From Candidatus Hadarchaeota archaeon (GTDB lineage: Archaea > CAYQAE01 > CAYVLA01), in the NCBI GenBank assembly GCA_964621445.1, contig CAZUNO010000014.1:1-64000 (forward strand): a DNA stretch of 64,000 nt, given 5' to 3'. Both the position numbers and the translations under genes were made by a program. This document shows positions 1 to 9,278 of this stretch, piece after piece (within the stretch, counting starts at the first letter, position 1; each line of letters starts with the position of its first letter). The notes beneath the pieces were generated by a model that saw only the letters and a program-made list of their open reading frames with translations, did no database searches and was not told where the DNA came from.

Positions 1-1
1 C

Positions 2-277
2 GTTGAGGATTATGACGTCGAAGTCCTTCATCTCCTCGTATGTTCGCGGGAAGTATATGCGGATAAACCTCATCACCTCGCTGGGGTCCTCACCCTTAGC
101 CACTAGGTTTGCCTCTCGGCAGGGGACTCCCACGTAGTCGATCATGGGGTCGGCGTTAAACATGGATCCAATGGAAGAAACGCCTTCGGCACTTGTTAGG
201 AGAAGGATATTGATGCGTTCCGCGTGGCCAATTGGTAATGAGAACAGGATTAGCAGGATTAGAATTCGGCGAAGCAT
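2..277 (-). CDS. Partial (5' part) secreted protein of the YxPR / EW-RRxxTR-tail paralog family; runs off the window edge
   Basis: Hand translation from ATG 277: MLRRILILLILFSLPIGHAERINILLLTSAEGVSSIGSMFNADPMIDYVGVPCREANLVAKGEDPSEVMRFIRIYFPRTYEEMKDFDVIILN. Sec signal peptide plus the RIYFPR...D motif shared with 9279, 13412, 29708 and 31012. Absent from the ORF track because no stop lies in the window. Confidence 0.85.
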   Translation of the reverse strand, partial: MLRRILILLILFSLPIGHAERINILLLTSAEGVSSIGSMFNADPMIDYVGVPCREANLVAKGEDPSEVMRFIRIYFPRTYEEMKDFDVIILN

Positions 278-381
278 ACCAAGAGTTGGACTTGATTACT
301 CTTAATTTTTTCCCAGCTGAGTCAAAGCTGATTTTTGTTTGGTGTTTGCATTTATAAGGGCGCGATTTGTCTCGCGCCATA

Positions 382-1530
382 ATGCAGTCGATTAAATCAA
401 GCATTCGGCCAAGTTTCATTCGACTCAAACCCAATTCAGAACAGAAATTCTCAGTCGAACCTGATCATGGACCCGTTTCCTGGTCGGTAGATGGCATTAA
501 GGGCGGTAATGAGGAGGTTGGGGTCATAGACCCCAATGGACTATACACCCCTCCCCAAAAGACACCGAGCGCCGAACATGTAATATGCGCTGAGATAGAT
601 GACACCGAAACCAAAAGGCTATGGGCAACCGTGATTTTGGGAGACACTAATACACTATATGAATGCGTTGATTACTGGAATAGGAAGGGAAAAGGAAATG
701 AGGAATTAAAGGGAGTTCATGGCATCGCCATCGAGTCATCCGGGGACCTGTTAATCACCGATCCCTCTGCTGCCCGAGTCCTACGTTTCTCAATCTCGGG
801 GGAGTATTTGGGGGAGATCGGTAACGGGAAGGGCAGTGAGCCCGGCAGTTTTAAGGGACCACGTGATGTGGAGGTTCATCCATCGGGGGATATCTACGTT
901 ATAGATGGGGACAAGTGCCAGATTCAGGTCTTCACTGCCCATGGAGAATTCTTGAGGTATTGGGGCCACGAGGGAAGCGATGAGGGAGGCATGGCAAGAC
1001 CGCATGCGATGGCCATTTCAGAGGATGGAGTGATACACGTGGCGGATGTTGATAATAACAGGGTCGATGTTTTCGATGAAACCGGCTCCCTGATCGAATG
1101 CTGGGGAGGCAAGGGCACCGCCCCCGGCGAGTTCATTGCCCCTCACGGAATAGAGATCGATCCCAACGGGGATGTCTTCGTGGCGGAGTGCAAGGGAAGG
1201 TGCCAGAAACTCAGTTCCGATGGGGACCCGATTATCCAGTTTGCAAATCCCGTTGAGGACGGTAAATCGGCTCATGGGTACTATAGATATCACGATATGG
1301 CTTCCGATAATCTGGGCAATGTATATCTCATGTCTAGGGATCGGAGGGAGAAAGGCAGGAAGAGCATCGACAAGTACAACAATAACGGTGACCTGATTAC
1401 CAGGTTTAGGCAATACGGGCCAAATGATGGTAAGAATGGAAACCCCTGCGCTGCCGTCTCCGAGGACGGTACCGTATATACGACTGAGAGCGGAAATGTG
1501 GCCGGGGTTGGCGTCTTCCGTCCTAAATGA
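382..1530 (+). CDS. NHL-repeat (6-bladed beta-propeller) protein with N-terminal Ig-like segment
   Basis: Repeated GxFxxPxGIxxDxxGxxYVxD units (PGSFKGPRDVEVHPSGDIYVID, GGMARPHAMAISEDGVIHVAD, PGEFIAPHGIEIDPNGDVFVAE). N-terminal VSWSVDG...IDPNGLYTPP. ATG 382 preferred over TTG 367. Confidence 0.85.
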   Translation: MQSIKSSIRPSFIRLKPNSEQKFSVEPDHGPVSWSVDGIKGGNEEVGVIDPNGLYTPPQKTPSAEHVICAEIDDTETKRLWATVILGDTNTLYECVDYWNRKGKGNEELKGVHGIAIESSGDLLITDPSAARVLRFSISGEYLGEIGNGKGSEPGSFKGPRDVEVHPSGDIYVIDGDKCQIQVFTAHGEFLRYWGHEGSDEGGMARPHAMAISEDGVIHVADVDNNRVDVFDETGSLIECWGGKGTAPGEFIAPHGIEIDPNGDVFVAECKGRCQKLSSDGDPIIQFANPVEDGKSAHGYYRYHDMASDNLGNVYLMSRDRREKGRKSIDKYNNNGDLITRFRQYGPNDGKNGNPCAAVSEDGTVYTTESGNVAGVGVFRPK

Positions 1531-1630
1531 TCTAGAAATGAGACCTTGCGCCTATAAGGGGGAAAGGCGAAAAGCTATTGCTTCCAAGAGATGGGAGAAC
1601 ATTATTTTAGCTCCGGCATGGCCCACTTCC

Positions 1631-2722
1631 ATGGAGTATAGAAGACTCGGCCGAACGGGCCTTGATGTTTCGGTTATAGGGTTTGGAGGAATTAAGCTAC
1701 CTAAAATCAGTCAGGATCTGGCCACCAAGGTGATCAACCGGGAGCTGGATCTTGGAGTTAACTTCATCGACACCGCAAGGGATTACAGGGATAGCGAGAG
1801 AAAGATCGGAATTGCCACCAGGGGCAGAAGGGAGGAGTTCTACCTGGCTACCAAGACCACCGGGCGGACCTTTGAGGATGCCAAGGAGGACCTCAAAACC
1901 AGCCTTTCCGAGCTGGGGATGGAGAAGATCGATCTCTGGCAGCTTCACGGCATAATCGACCGGGATATGTGGGACAAGGTGATGGGGCCGGGGGGCGCGC
2001 TGGAGGCGGCCAAGTGGGCAAGGGACGAGGGTTACGTGGATCACATTGGGATCAGCGTGCACCGCGAACAGAGTGTCATGAAAGAGGCCATAGAGTGTGG
2101 GGAATTTGAGACCATAATGCTGGCATATTCACTCATTGACCAGGAAAACGTGGAGGACGAGATTCTACCCTTGGCAAGGGAAAATGACCTTGGGGTGATA
2201 ATCATGAAGGCACTATCAGGGGGAGCCATGGCCACACCCAGGGCCGAGGACGAGCCAAAACCGGAGTACGATCCCATCGTTAGAGGAAATCTGAGGTACG
2301 TACTGTCAAATCCAGCGGTAACCACCGTGATACCCGGAATCGAAAGGCTATCAGAGGTGGAGGAGGACTGCGCAGTGGGGGATAACATCGAGCCCCTGTC
2401 CGAGGAAGAGCGTAGGGACCTGCTGAACAAAATCGGCAAGCTGGGGCTGTCACTGAAGTACGATCAGACCTGCCTTGGTTGCGGTTACTGTATGCCCTGC
2501 CCAAACGGGATCAATATTCCCAAGGTGTTCAGGGCTCTTCGGGAGTACCAGGGTTATCCCGATAACCTCAGCTATGTCGGGCTGGAAACCTACCAATCAC
2601 TGGAAGTCACCCCTGAGGCCTGTACGGAATGCAAGCAGTGTATGGAGAAATGCCCCACGGGAATGGATATCCCGGTACGTCTGAAGAAGGCTAAACGGGT
2701 TCTTGAGGAGGCATTATCCTAA
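1631..2722 (+). CDS. Aldo/keto reductase with C-terminal 4Fe-4S dicluster
   Basis: MEYRRLGRTGLDVSVIGFG start, IDTARDY, ATK and IDLWQLH motifs. C-terminal CxxCxxCxxCP and CxxCxxCxxxCP. Confidence 0.92.
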   Translation: MEYRRLGRTGLDVSVIGFGGIKLPKISQDLATKVINRELDLGVNFIDTARDYRDSERKIGIATRGRREEFYLATKTTGRTFEDAKEDLKTSLSELGMEKIDLWQLHGIIDRDMWDKVMGPGGALEAAKWARDEGYVDHIGISVHREQSVMKEAIECGEFETIMLAYSLIDQENVEDEILPLARENDLGVIIMKALSGGAMATPRAEDEPKPEYDPIVRGNLRYVLSNPAVTTVIPGIERLSEVEEDCAVGDNIEPLSEEERRDLLNKIGKLGLSLKYDQTCLGCGYCMPCPNGINIPKVFRALREYQGYPDNLSYVGLETYQSLEVTPEACTECKQCMEKCPTGMDIPVRLKKAKRVLEEALS

Positions 2723-2786
2723 GCGGGAATAAAAGGGAGAAAATTCCCTGGCAATTTTAGGGAAACATGACCTTCTTATTTTACGT

Positions 2787-2867
2787 TTAGTTGAGTCTGG
2801 TTGCTTTTGCTTGTTTGTGGAGTTTTCTTTTTATCATTAGTGTCCACAGTAGGAACCCGCTTAACAT
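2787..2867 (-). pseudogene. Isolated C-terminal tail of the EW-RRxxTR paralog family (remnant or 26-aa microprotein)
   Basis: Minus-strand translation (ISG)MLSGFLLWTLMIKRKLHKQAKATRLN* aligns with GMACGFFLWSVMIRRRLYRTVGTTRL of the 31012 protein. Lies in the gap between the AKR and flavodoxin genes. Confidence 0.7.
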
Positions 2868-2881
2868 ACCGCTTATTTTTT

Positions 2882-3328
2882 TCAACTAGTGCAGGCCTCA
2901 GCCAGGGAGCGCCCAAGTTCAATAAGAGATTCCTTTGAGGATTCATCCGGTCTACCCCTCACCAGGACGGGTTCCGTCACCTGCTTGAACTTGAAGCTCC
3001 TGCAGATGGATTGAACGCTCTTGGCAGCGGGAGTCCCACCCCCTCCATGGGTGACAAATATCACGCAGGGCTTGTCAACGACCTGTCCCTTGGTGGGATA
3101 AAAGGTCCTATCGAAGAAGTCCTTCAAACCACCGGCCATATAGCTGAAATAGTCCGGTGTACCGATTCCAATGCCGTCACACTCCAGGAGGTCATCAGCC
3201 GTGGCCTCCAGGGCAGGTTTTGACAAAACCTCAACACCTTCAACGGTCCTTGCCCCCTCCGCCACAATCCCTGCTGCATGTTCGGTATTACCTGACTGGG
3301 AGTGAGAGACTATGATTATTTTGGGCAT
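2882..3328 (-). CDS. Flavodoxin / WrbA-like NAD(P)H-dependent flavoprotein
   Basis: HSQSGNT phosphate loop, GTPDYFSYMAGGLKDFFDR, FVTHGGGG. Confidence 0.9.
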   Translation of the reverse strand: MPKIIIVSHSQSGNTEHAAGIVAEGARTVEGVEVLSKPALEATADDLLECDGIGIGTPDYFSYMAGGLKDFFDRTFYPTKGQVVDKPCVIFVTHGGGGTPAAKSVQSICRSFKFKQVTEPVLVRGRPDESSKESLIELGRSLAEACTS

Positions 3329-3354
3329 ATCTCCAAGCTTTCCAGGACCGTATT

Positions 3355-4176
3355 TCAATATTTCGCATCCTCCGTGATTATACGATGGTCGTTACAATAG
3401 ACGTTTATTCGATTTTTCCTGGCGAAGGCTGCGAGAGTTAGTCCCAGTTCCCGCGAGAGCTGGATGGCCAAAGATGTCGTAGCTCCCCGTGATGCAAGTA
3501 TGGGAATCCCAACCTGATGGCACTTGGCCACCATCTCAGAGCTGGATCTACCAGTGGTTAAGGCGAAGCATGATTCTAGGTCGACCCCCCGAAGCATGGC
3601 TGCTCCGATCACCTTGTCAAGTGCGTTGTGCCTTCCTATATCGCTGCAGATTTTGACAACTGCAGCGGGGTCACCTGGATTGCCGGGTCTTCGGAATAGG
3701 CCACAGCTGTGAACCCCGCCGGTGAGATGATGGATTTTGGAGTCTATTACTTTTTTCAACGCCCTATGGATATCGCTCACCGGAATCGTGATGTTTGACC
3801 TAATTTTCCGTCTTTCCTCAACCATAATGCCCGATTGTCCGAAACAGGAACTGAATATGGTCTGATTGATTCCAGAGATATTCCTACTTTTCCTGCACTT
3901 AACGTCCACCCATCCAGAACCATCGCTGATCTCATCAATATCATCGGCATCCCGGATAACCCCATGACAGGCCAGATGCCCGATTATAAACTCCTCGATA
4001 TGGTCGGGACTAATGGTGACATCGATCCGGTGTTCCCCGTTTATCAGGATAGTTATGGCCTCTTCGGCAGGAACGATGTCCTCGAATTCCAGTCTATTGC
4101 TATCCTCTATCCTCAAACATTCGACGGCCTGGGTCATTTCACTCGTCTTTGCCTTGAGGTTTCTAGATGGGGGCAT
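3355..4176 (-). CDS. fdhD: Formate dehydrogenase accessory sulfurtransferase FdhD
   Basis: SSC, TGGVHSC, DIGRHNALDKVIG and TTGRSSSEMVAK signature motifs. Confidence 0.93.
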   Translation of the reverse strand: MPPSRNLKAKTSEMTQAVECLRIEDSNRLEFEDIVPAEEAITILINGEHRIDVTISPDHIEEFIIGHLACHGVIRDADDIDEISDGSGWVDVKCRKSRNISGINQTIFSSCFGQSGIMVEERRKIRSNITIPVSDIHRALKKVIDSKIHHLTGGVHSCGLFRRPGNPGDPAAVVKICSDIGRHNALDKVIGAAMLRGVDLESCFALTTGRSSSEMVAKCHQVGIPILASRGATTSLAIQLSRELGLTLAAFARKNRINVYCNDHRIITEDAKY

Positions 4177-4368
4177 GATATCAATTCCTAGGATACATTA
4201 AAGGCGATCCCTAGATTATGGGGCCAACTTGAAAATTAATCATCCGGACTCTGTGAAGAATTACCTACAGTGGGAATAATCCCTCTTAGAGACCGGATTT
4301 TCGTTCCGCTGACCAAGGGAGGCCAAGCATTATTACACATCCGGGTTTGTCAGAACTTTCAGTAAGAG

Positions 4369-5559
4369 GTGCCAATTTTGACAGTTAATGAAAATGAGGC
4401 CGTATTTTCCCTCGGGATGTACGACCAGCCCCGGGATGCTGGGGAATGGTCACAGTGGAGGGAGTCGGGGATTAATCTACTACACTGCGGGAACGAGGAA
4501 GATCTTGACAAAACCCGCCGAGCGGGGATGATGGGATGGGTTTCAGTGCCCATAATATGCAGGAATTCTGATGACGAGGAGATCCTTGGGGAGAGGATTC
4601 GTTCCCTGAGGGACCACCCAGCCCTCGTGGCATGGGAGGCACAGGACGAGGCCATCTGGAACGCTTGTCGGCTCGAGAATGGAGTGGTGACCAATAGCAT
4701 ATGGGCCCAGCCTCCTGAAATCAGGAAGGAGATACGTCGTCGTCTCGATGACCTGGTTGAAGGCCTCAGGAAGGGATCCTCCATGGTGCGTGAATTGGAT
4801 CCTGCCAGAAAGTTTTGGCTGAACGAGGCCGCCAAGAGCGATCAGGAGACCCTGGCAAGGTGCCTTCCGTATCTGGATATCGTAAGCTACGACTACTACC
4901 CCCTTCCCGAACACCCGGAAAATGGAAGGCAGATGAAAATGCTGGGAGGCTTCACTGACAGGTTTAGGAGAACTGCTCTCTCAAAGGACCTGTGGGTCGT
5001 TGAGCAGGCCTTCTCCTGGCGAGACCTAAGCAAGGTCTCCTTCGACGGGAAGGACATGATCCACGAGTACAACTCGAATACCTGGCTCCCGGCGACCGAG
5101 GAGGATTCCGGGGCGCTTCCAGGCGTTGAGGAGTTTCGCTTCATGGCCTGGATTTCGATATGCCACGGAGCCAACGGCCTCCTCTGGTTTGGCTCCAGGT
5201 TCCTGGAAAATAGATCGGAAATGCTTGATGGCCTCATGACGGTGGTCCAAGAACTCCATGAGCTCCAGCCCTTCCTGGACGCCGGGAATATCAACACCGT
5301 GCAAGCAATTACCCATGAGAGGCGGTGCCCCTCGGTCTCGGGCATTTCCTCGGTTGCGAGACGAAACGGGGATGGGACACTACTGGCCCTGGTCAACGAG
5401 GACTACACCGGGCACGATGTGACGGTGACCGGAATGGATTGGGTTGAAGCAGCAGATCTCGTCCCCATGTTCGAACCAAGCGATGGGTTGAGGGACTCTG
5501 GGGATGGACTGGTCACCGCCATGGAGGGGCAGGAAGTTCGTTTATACCTGGCTCGATAG
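4369..5559 (+). CDS. Putative glycoside-hydrolase-like TIM-barrel protein
   Basis: HPALVAWEAQDEA, DIVSYDYYP, WVVEQAF and RFMAWISICHGANGLLWF resemble GH-A clan/GH42-like barrels. No signal peptide. Confidence 0.6.
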   Translation: MPILTVNENEAVFSLGMYDQPRDAGEWSQWRESGINLLHCGNEEDLDKTRRAGMMGWVSVPIICRNSDDEEILGERIRSLRDHPALVAWEAQDEAIWNACRLENGVVTNSIWAQPPEIRKEIRRRLDDLVEGLRKGSSMVRELDPARKFWLNEAAKSDQETLARCLPYLDIVSYDYYPLPEHPENGRQMKMLGGFTDRFRRTALSKDLWVVEQAFSWRDLSKVSFDGKDMIHEYNSNTWLPATEEDSGALPGVEEFRFMAWISICHGANGLLWFGSRFLENRSEMLDGLMTVVQELHELQPFLDAGNINTVQAITHERRCPSVSGISSVARRNGDGTLLALVNEDYTGHDVTVTGMDWVEAADLVPMFEPSDGLRDSGDGLVTAMEGQEVRLYLAR

Positions 5560-5674
5560 GCCGGTAGTCCTGATGGAGATCGGTCACAGGACGGTGGCTT
5601 TCCATTCCTTCTCTCGTTTGCACTTAAAACTCAAGGCGAAGCACGTATTAATCAACAAATGGCCCTAGAAATAC

Positions 5675-6085
5675 GTGATGGATCTCAAGGAGCAGATTAG
5701 CCAAGTTCTCGAGGCAAAAAAGGAGATCGTACTAGCGTACATCTACGGGTCATCCGTGAAGGGGGGTTCCAGGAGCGATAGTGACCTGGATATAGGCATC
5801 CTTTTAGAGAAGGGCTTCGACCCGGGCCCCCTCTACTCAGTTCGTGTTGCCAGGAAGATCGAGATGGAAACTCATGTTGATCGTGAGCTGGACGTGAGGA
5901 TACTCAACGGTATGCCCCCGAGGTTTCTGCGCCAAGTAATCGACGGGGAGCTGATATTTTCAAGGGATGAATCCAAGAGGGTGGAATTCGAGATGCAGGT
6001 AGTTGACTCCTATCTCGATTTCAAGCCATTCTATGAACAGTATGATCAGAAGCGAAGGGAGAGATTGCTAAGTGAATCTCGATAG
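5675..6085 (+). CDS. mntA: MNT (minimal nucleotidyltransferase) antitoxin, MntA-like
   Basis: YGSSVKGGSRSDSDLD fits GSx10DxD. Overlaps the downstream HEPN gene. Confidence 0.88.
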   Translation: MMDLKEQISQVLEAKKEIVLAYIYGSSVKGGSRSDSDLDIGILLEKGFDPGPLYSVRVARKIEMETHVDRELDVRILNGMPPRFLRQVIDGELIFSRDESKRVEFEMQVVDSYLDFKPFYEQYDQKRRERLLSESR

Positions 6086-6362
6086 AGCTGTCTTAGAGGG
6101 GAGATTCGATATCATTGATCGCAATCTCAAATTCCTGAAGCAGATTCAATCCCTCAGGGAGAAGAATTTTTTGGCCAGCTACAGAGATATACAGGCTGCC
6201 AAGCACTCTCTCCTTGAGATCATCGAGGCCTGCATTGACTTGGCAAACTACATAATCTCGGCTAAAGGATTCAATAGGGCAGAATCCTATAATCTGAATG
6301 ATGTTTACAAATTCGAAGAGCAGATCCAAGAACTAATACAAAGAGAACTCAATTCACGGTGA
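6072..6362 (+). pseudogene. HEPN/DUF86 toxin with an internal in-frame deletion removing the RNase motif
   Basis: The DUF86-like N-terminus (AAKHSLLEIIEACIDLANYIISAKGFNRAESY) joins directly to the C-terminal NLNDVYKF helix. Only 96 aa and no Rx4H motif. Confidence 0.8.
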
Positions 6363-6491
6363 TCCGCTCCGTTTCTGATATTGCTAATAAATCCGTCAAG
6401 TCTTGAGTTATTGGAGCGACCTATTGTAGGCCAAGAGACGTTATCTAAAGGTGATGCTTCCATCGTCTTTATTCCGTAGCAAACTGAATCG

Positions 6492-7268
6492 TCACACTGT
6501 TAATGATTTCAGGTACTCCTTGCCCCCTTTTTCCAGCAAATTCAGGTCACCCTGGGCCAGTATGAACCTGAAGCCCCTTTCGATCAGACCATTGACCTTT
6601 TCCGCGTCCCCCGCTCCAGCTATTCCCGGAGCCACCCCTGCATCGTTGCAGGCATCGATCACCCGGTCCATGGCCGCGATCACCTTGGGATGGGTGAAGG
6701 CATCGGTAACCTTGAGGCCCATTGAAAGGGAGAGGTCAGCAGGGCCGATCCAGGTGGCGTCCACGCCCTCAACGGAAACTATATCCTCCACCGCGTCCAC
6801 GGCCTCTTTCCTCTCGATCTGGATGGCAACCATGATCTCCTCGTTCGCTATCTCGATATAGTCCTCGGTGGGCATCCCCCAAGCCCTGGCGGCCCGGCCA
6901 GGTCCGCACCCCCTCAGTCCCAGAGGAGGATACCTGGCATAGGTGACCGCGTCCCGGGCCATCTCCCTTGTGGTCACCCAGGGAACTATGATCCCGAAGG
7001 CCCCGGTGTCCAGTGCTCTCTTTATTGCATTTCTGTCGTCCCACACAACCCTGATTATGGTGCTGGCCCTGGAAGGGCTGCTCCTCATTATCATCTCGTT
7101 AACGGTCTCAATATTACGAGGACCGTGTTCCAGGTCATACAGAACCCAGTCGAAACCGGAATTCGATACCGCCTTAATTGCATCCGGGTTCATGACCGTT
7201 AGGTTGCATCCTATGGCCGCCTTGCCTGATTCAAGCTTTCTTTTTGCCAAGTTCTCCATGGTATCCAC
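6492..7268 (-). CDS. HpcH/HpaI aldolase family protein
   Basis: GFDWVLYDLEHG, KRALDTGAFGIIVP, RYPPLGLRG, QIE, IGPADLS. Confidence 0.92.
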   Translation of the reverse strand: MDTMENLAKRKLESGKAAIGCNLTVMNPDAIKAVSNSGFDWVLYDLEHGPRNIETVNEMIMRSSPSRASTIIRVVWDDRNAIKRALDTGAFGIIVPWVTTREMARDAVTYARYPPLGLRGCGPGRAARAWGMPTEDYIEIANEEIMVAIQIERKEAVDAVEDIVSVEGVDATWIGPADLSLSMGLKVTDAFTHPKVIAAMDRVIDACNDAGVAPGIAGAGDAEKVNGLIERGFRFILAQGDLNLLEKGGKEYLKSLTV

Positions 7269-7463
7269 GTCTCAATGTGCGATGCCAATAATTCCCAGAG
7301 GAATCTGGATATAGACCTCCAAGAGGTCGAGATTAGATAAAGTTAACATGATTGGAAGACTGTTGATGAAAAGGAGGCAGGCACCTATAGGAATATACAC
7401 ACAGTCATGGAGTTGAATCATACAACTTGAGAAATTAAAACCCATTCTTCCTTGGCCCAAATC

Positions 7464-8108
7464 CTATTTTCCCTTCCTATGGAGGACCTTTGCTAGTCGA
7501 TTGGGGTAGTTAGTTATTATTCCGTCCAGACCCAGGTCGATCAGCCTTGACATCTCGGATTCATAGTCAATATCGCCGTGAATGAGGAATAGGCCCTGCT
7601 CGTGTAGTTGATCTAGGTTCTCCTTGGTGAGCGGTTCGATACCGACTCTGAATTTCCCGGGGTATGTGCAGGATATGGATGGGTCGAGGTCGTGGACCCT
7701 TCCGATTGCTGACTGGAGGCCGAAGAAAACGATCATGTCCTGGGCATTTTTCTGGCGAACGATGGAGAGAAGCTGCTCCTCGATACCCCCCACCTTTATC
7801 TCGGCAAAGATCGTTCCCCTCCACGTTTGGGCAAGGTCTATCACTTCCTGGAATGTCGGCACCCGTTCTCCATGTCCAGCATCAAGAGATCCAATGGTTT
7901 TGAGGGTGAGGTTTTCGACCTTTCCCTCCCCACTGGTGGTTCTATCCACCGTACGATCATGCATAACCACTATGTGGCCATCGACGGTCATCCTCAGATC
8001 GAGTTCGATGGCGTTGGCTCCGTCCTGAAATGCCTGGCGAAAAGCCAGGATAGTGTTCTCGGGTTGGTAACCGTTTGCGCCGCGGTGAGCTATCAGGAAT
8101 CTTAACAA
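7464..8108 (-). CDS. Glycerophosphodiester phosphodiesterase (GDPD)
   Basis: IAHRGA...PENT, IELDLRMTVDGHIVVMHD, DGIITNYP. Confidence 0.92.
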   Translation of the reverse strand: MLRFLIAHRGANGYQPENTILAFRQAFQDGANAIELDLRMTVDGHIVVMHDRTVDRTTSGEGKVENLTLKTIGSLDAGHGERVPTFQEVIDLAQTWRGTIFAEIKVGGIEEQLLSIVRQKNAQDMIVFFGLQSAIGRVHDLDPSISCTYPGKFRVGIEPLTKENLDQLHEQGLFLIHGDIDYESEMSRLIDLGLDGIITNYPNRLAKVLHRKGK

Positions 8109-8454
8109 TGCGGACCACCGCTCCGGATGTACTTTCCCACCATGTTGGTTTGGGAGCTCTCTGGTTGGTTGAAACGGCTATAGTCTCTAATATCACAGTG
8201 CAAGTGTTTTGCCTTCCTGGCTATTGCATCTAGAAAACAGTGATACAGGTTATTACCCTCCAAAGATTTCGAGTCCATGTTTATCAAATGAATCGCCTGG
8301 AAAGGAAGCAGAAGGAGTTAAACATTCTATGCCAGCCTGAATTCATCTAATATTGCTTTTCCATCCCACGATTCATTCTTTTTATTTCATTTCCTATGTA
8401 CCAGTAGGCCTTGAGCTAGGAACACTTTTCCAATTCGGAGCCAAATCGATCAGC

Positions 8455-9221
8455 ATGGGAGAGCCCTTTCGAAAATCTGCCATGTTCTATGACCTCTACT
8501 ATTCGGGGATGCTGGATTATGATAAGGAGTGTGACTTCCTTGAGCAGGTATTCAGACGTCATGGGTTAGGCGGTGACGCGAGGATCCTGGATATTGCATG
8601 CGGTACGGGGACCCACTGCTGAAGCTTAGCGAAAGGGGTTATCATTGTGTGGGAATTGACGTCTCAGAGGAGATGATATCCATCGCCAGGGAAAAGGTGA
8701 AGGGTAATGTCCCGGTCTTCCTGGTGCAGGATATGAGAAGCCTGGATCTGGATGATGGATTTGATATGACAATTTGCATGTTCGGAGGTTTCGGCTATCT
8801 GGATACCGACCGGGACCTATCCCGTTTCTTCTCGGGGCTATCCAGGATATTGAAGCCGGAGGGGCTTTTTCTCTTCGAATTCTGGAATATTGGAGGGTTG
8901 GAGGATTCTCCTTACAGAACGTGGATGAAGGTAGATATGGGAGAGGGCGCCTATCTCAATCTATCGGAATCCAGGTATTTCCACGATCGCAGCGTCCTGG
9001 AGATATCCATACATCATTTCCTAATCAGGGATCGTGCACTGGGTGAGAACTTCGTCGAGGAACACTCCATGAGGATCTATTCCTTACAGGAGATCCAAGG
9101 GCTACTAGCTTTCCATGGATTCAGGCTGTTGGAGGCCTTCGACAGGAAAAATCTCGATTCATTTGTCCAGCCTTCCAAGGAGACCTTCCGAATATTCGCG
9201 GTTTCCAAGCTTTGGGGATAG
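8455..9221 (+). pseudogene. Class I SAM-dependent methyltransferase split by a 1-nt frameshift near 8616
   Basis: Motif I (ILDIACGTGTH) continues as LLKLSERGYHCVGIDVSEEM in another frame. One extra C at acccactgctg restores the ORF. Confidence 0.85.
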
Positions 9222-9278
9222 CCGGAGGGATTGGATCTACCAAAACAGCGTGGATATTGGTCTTGATTCAAAGATTGA

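Noticed and set aside
7340-7410. LLMKRR-like stretch as another family tail relic
   Set aside because: No W/EW anchor or hydrophobic helix in frame; too weak.
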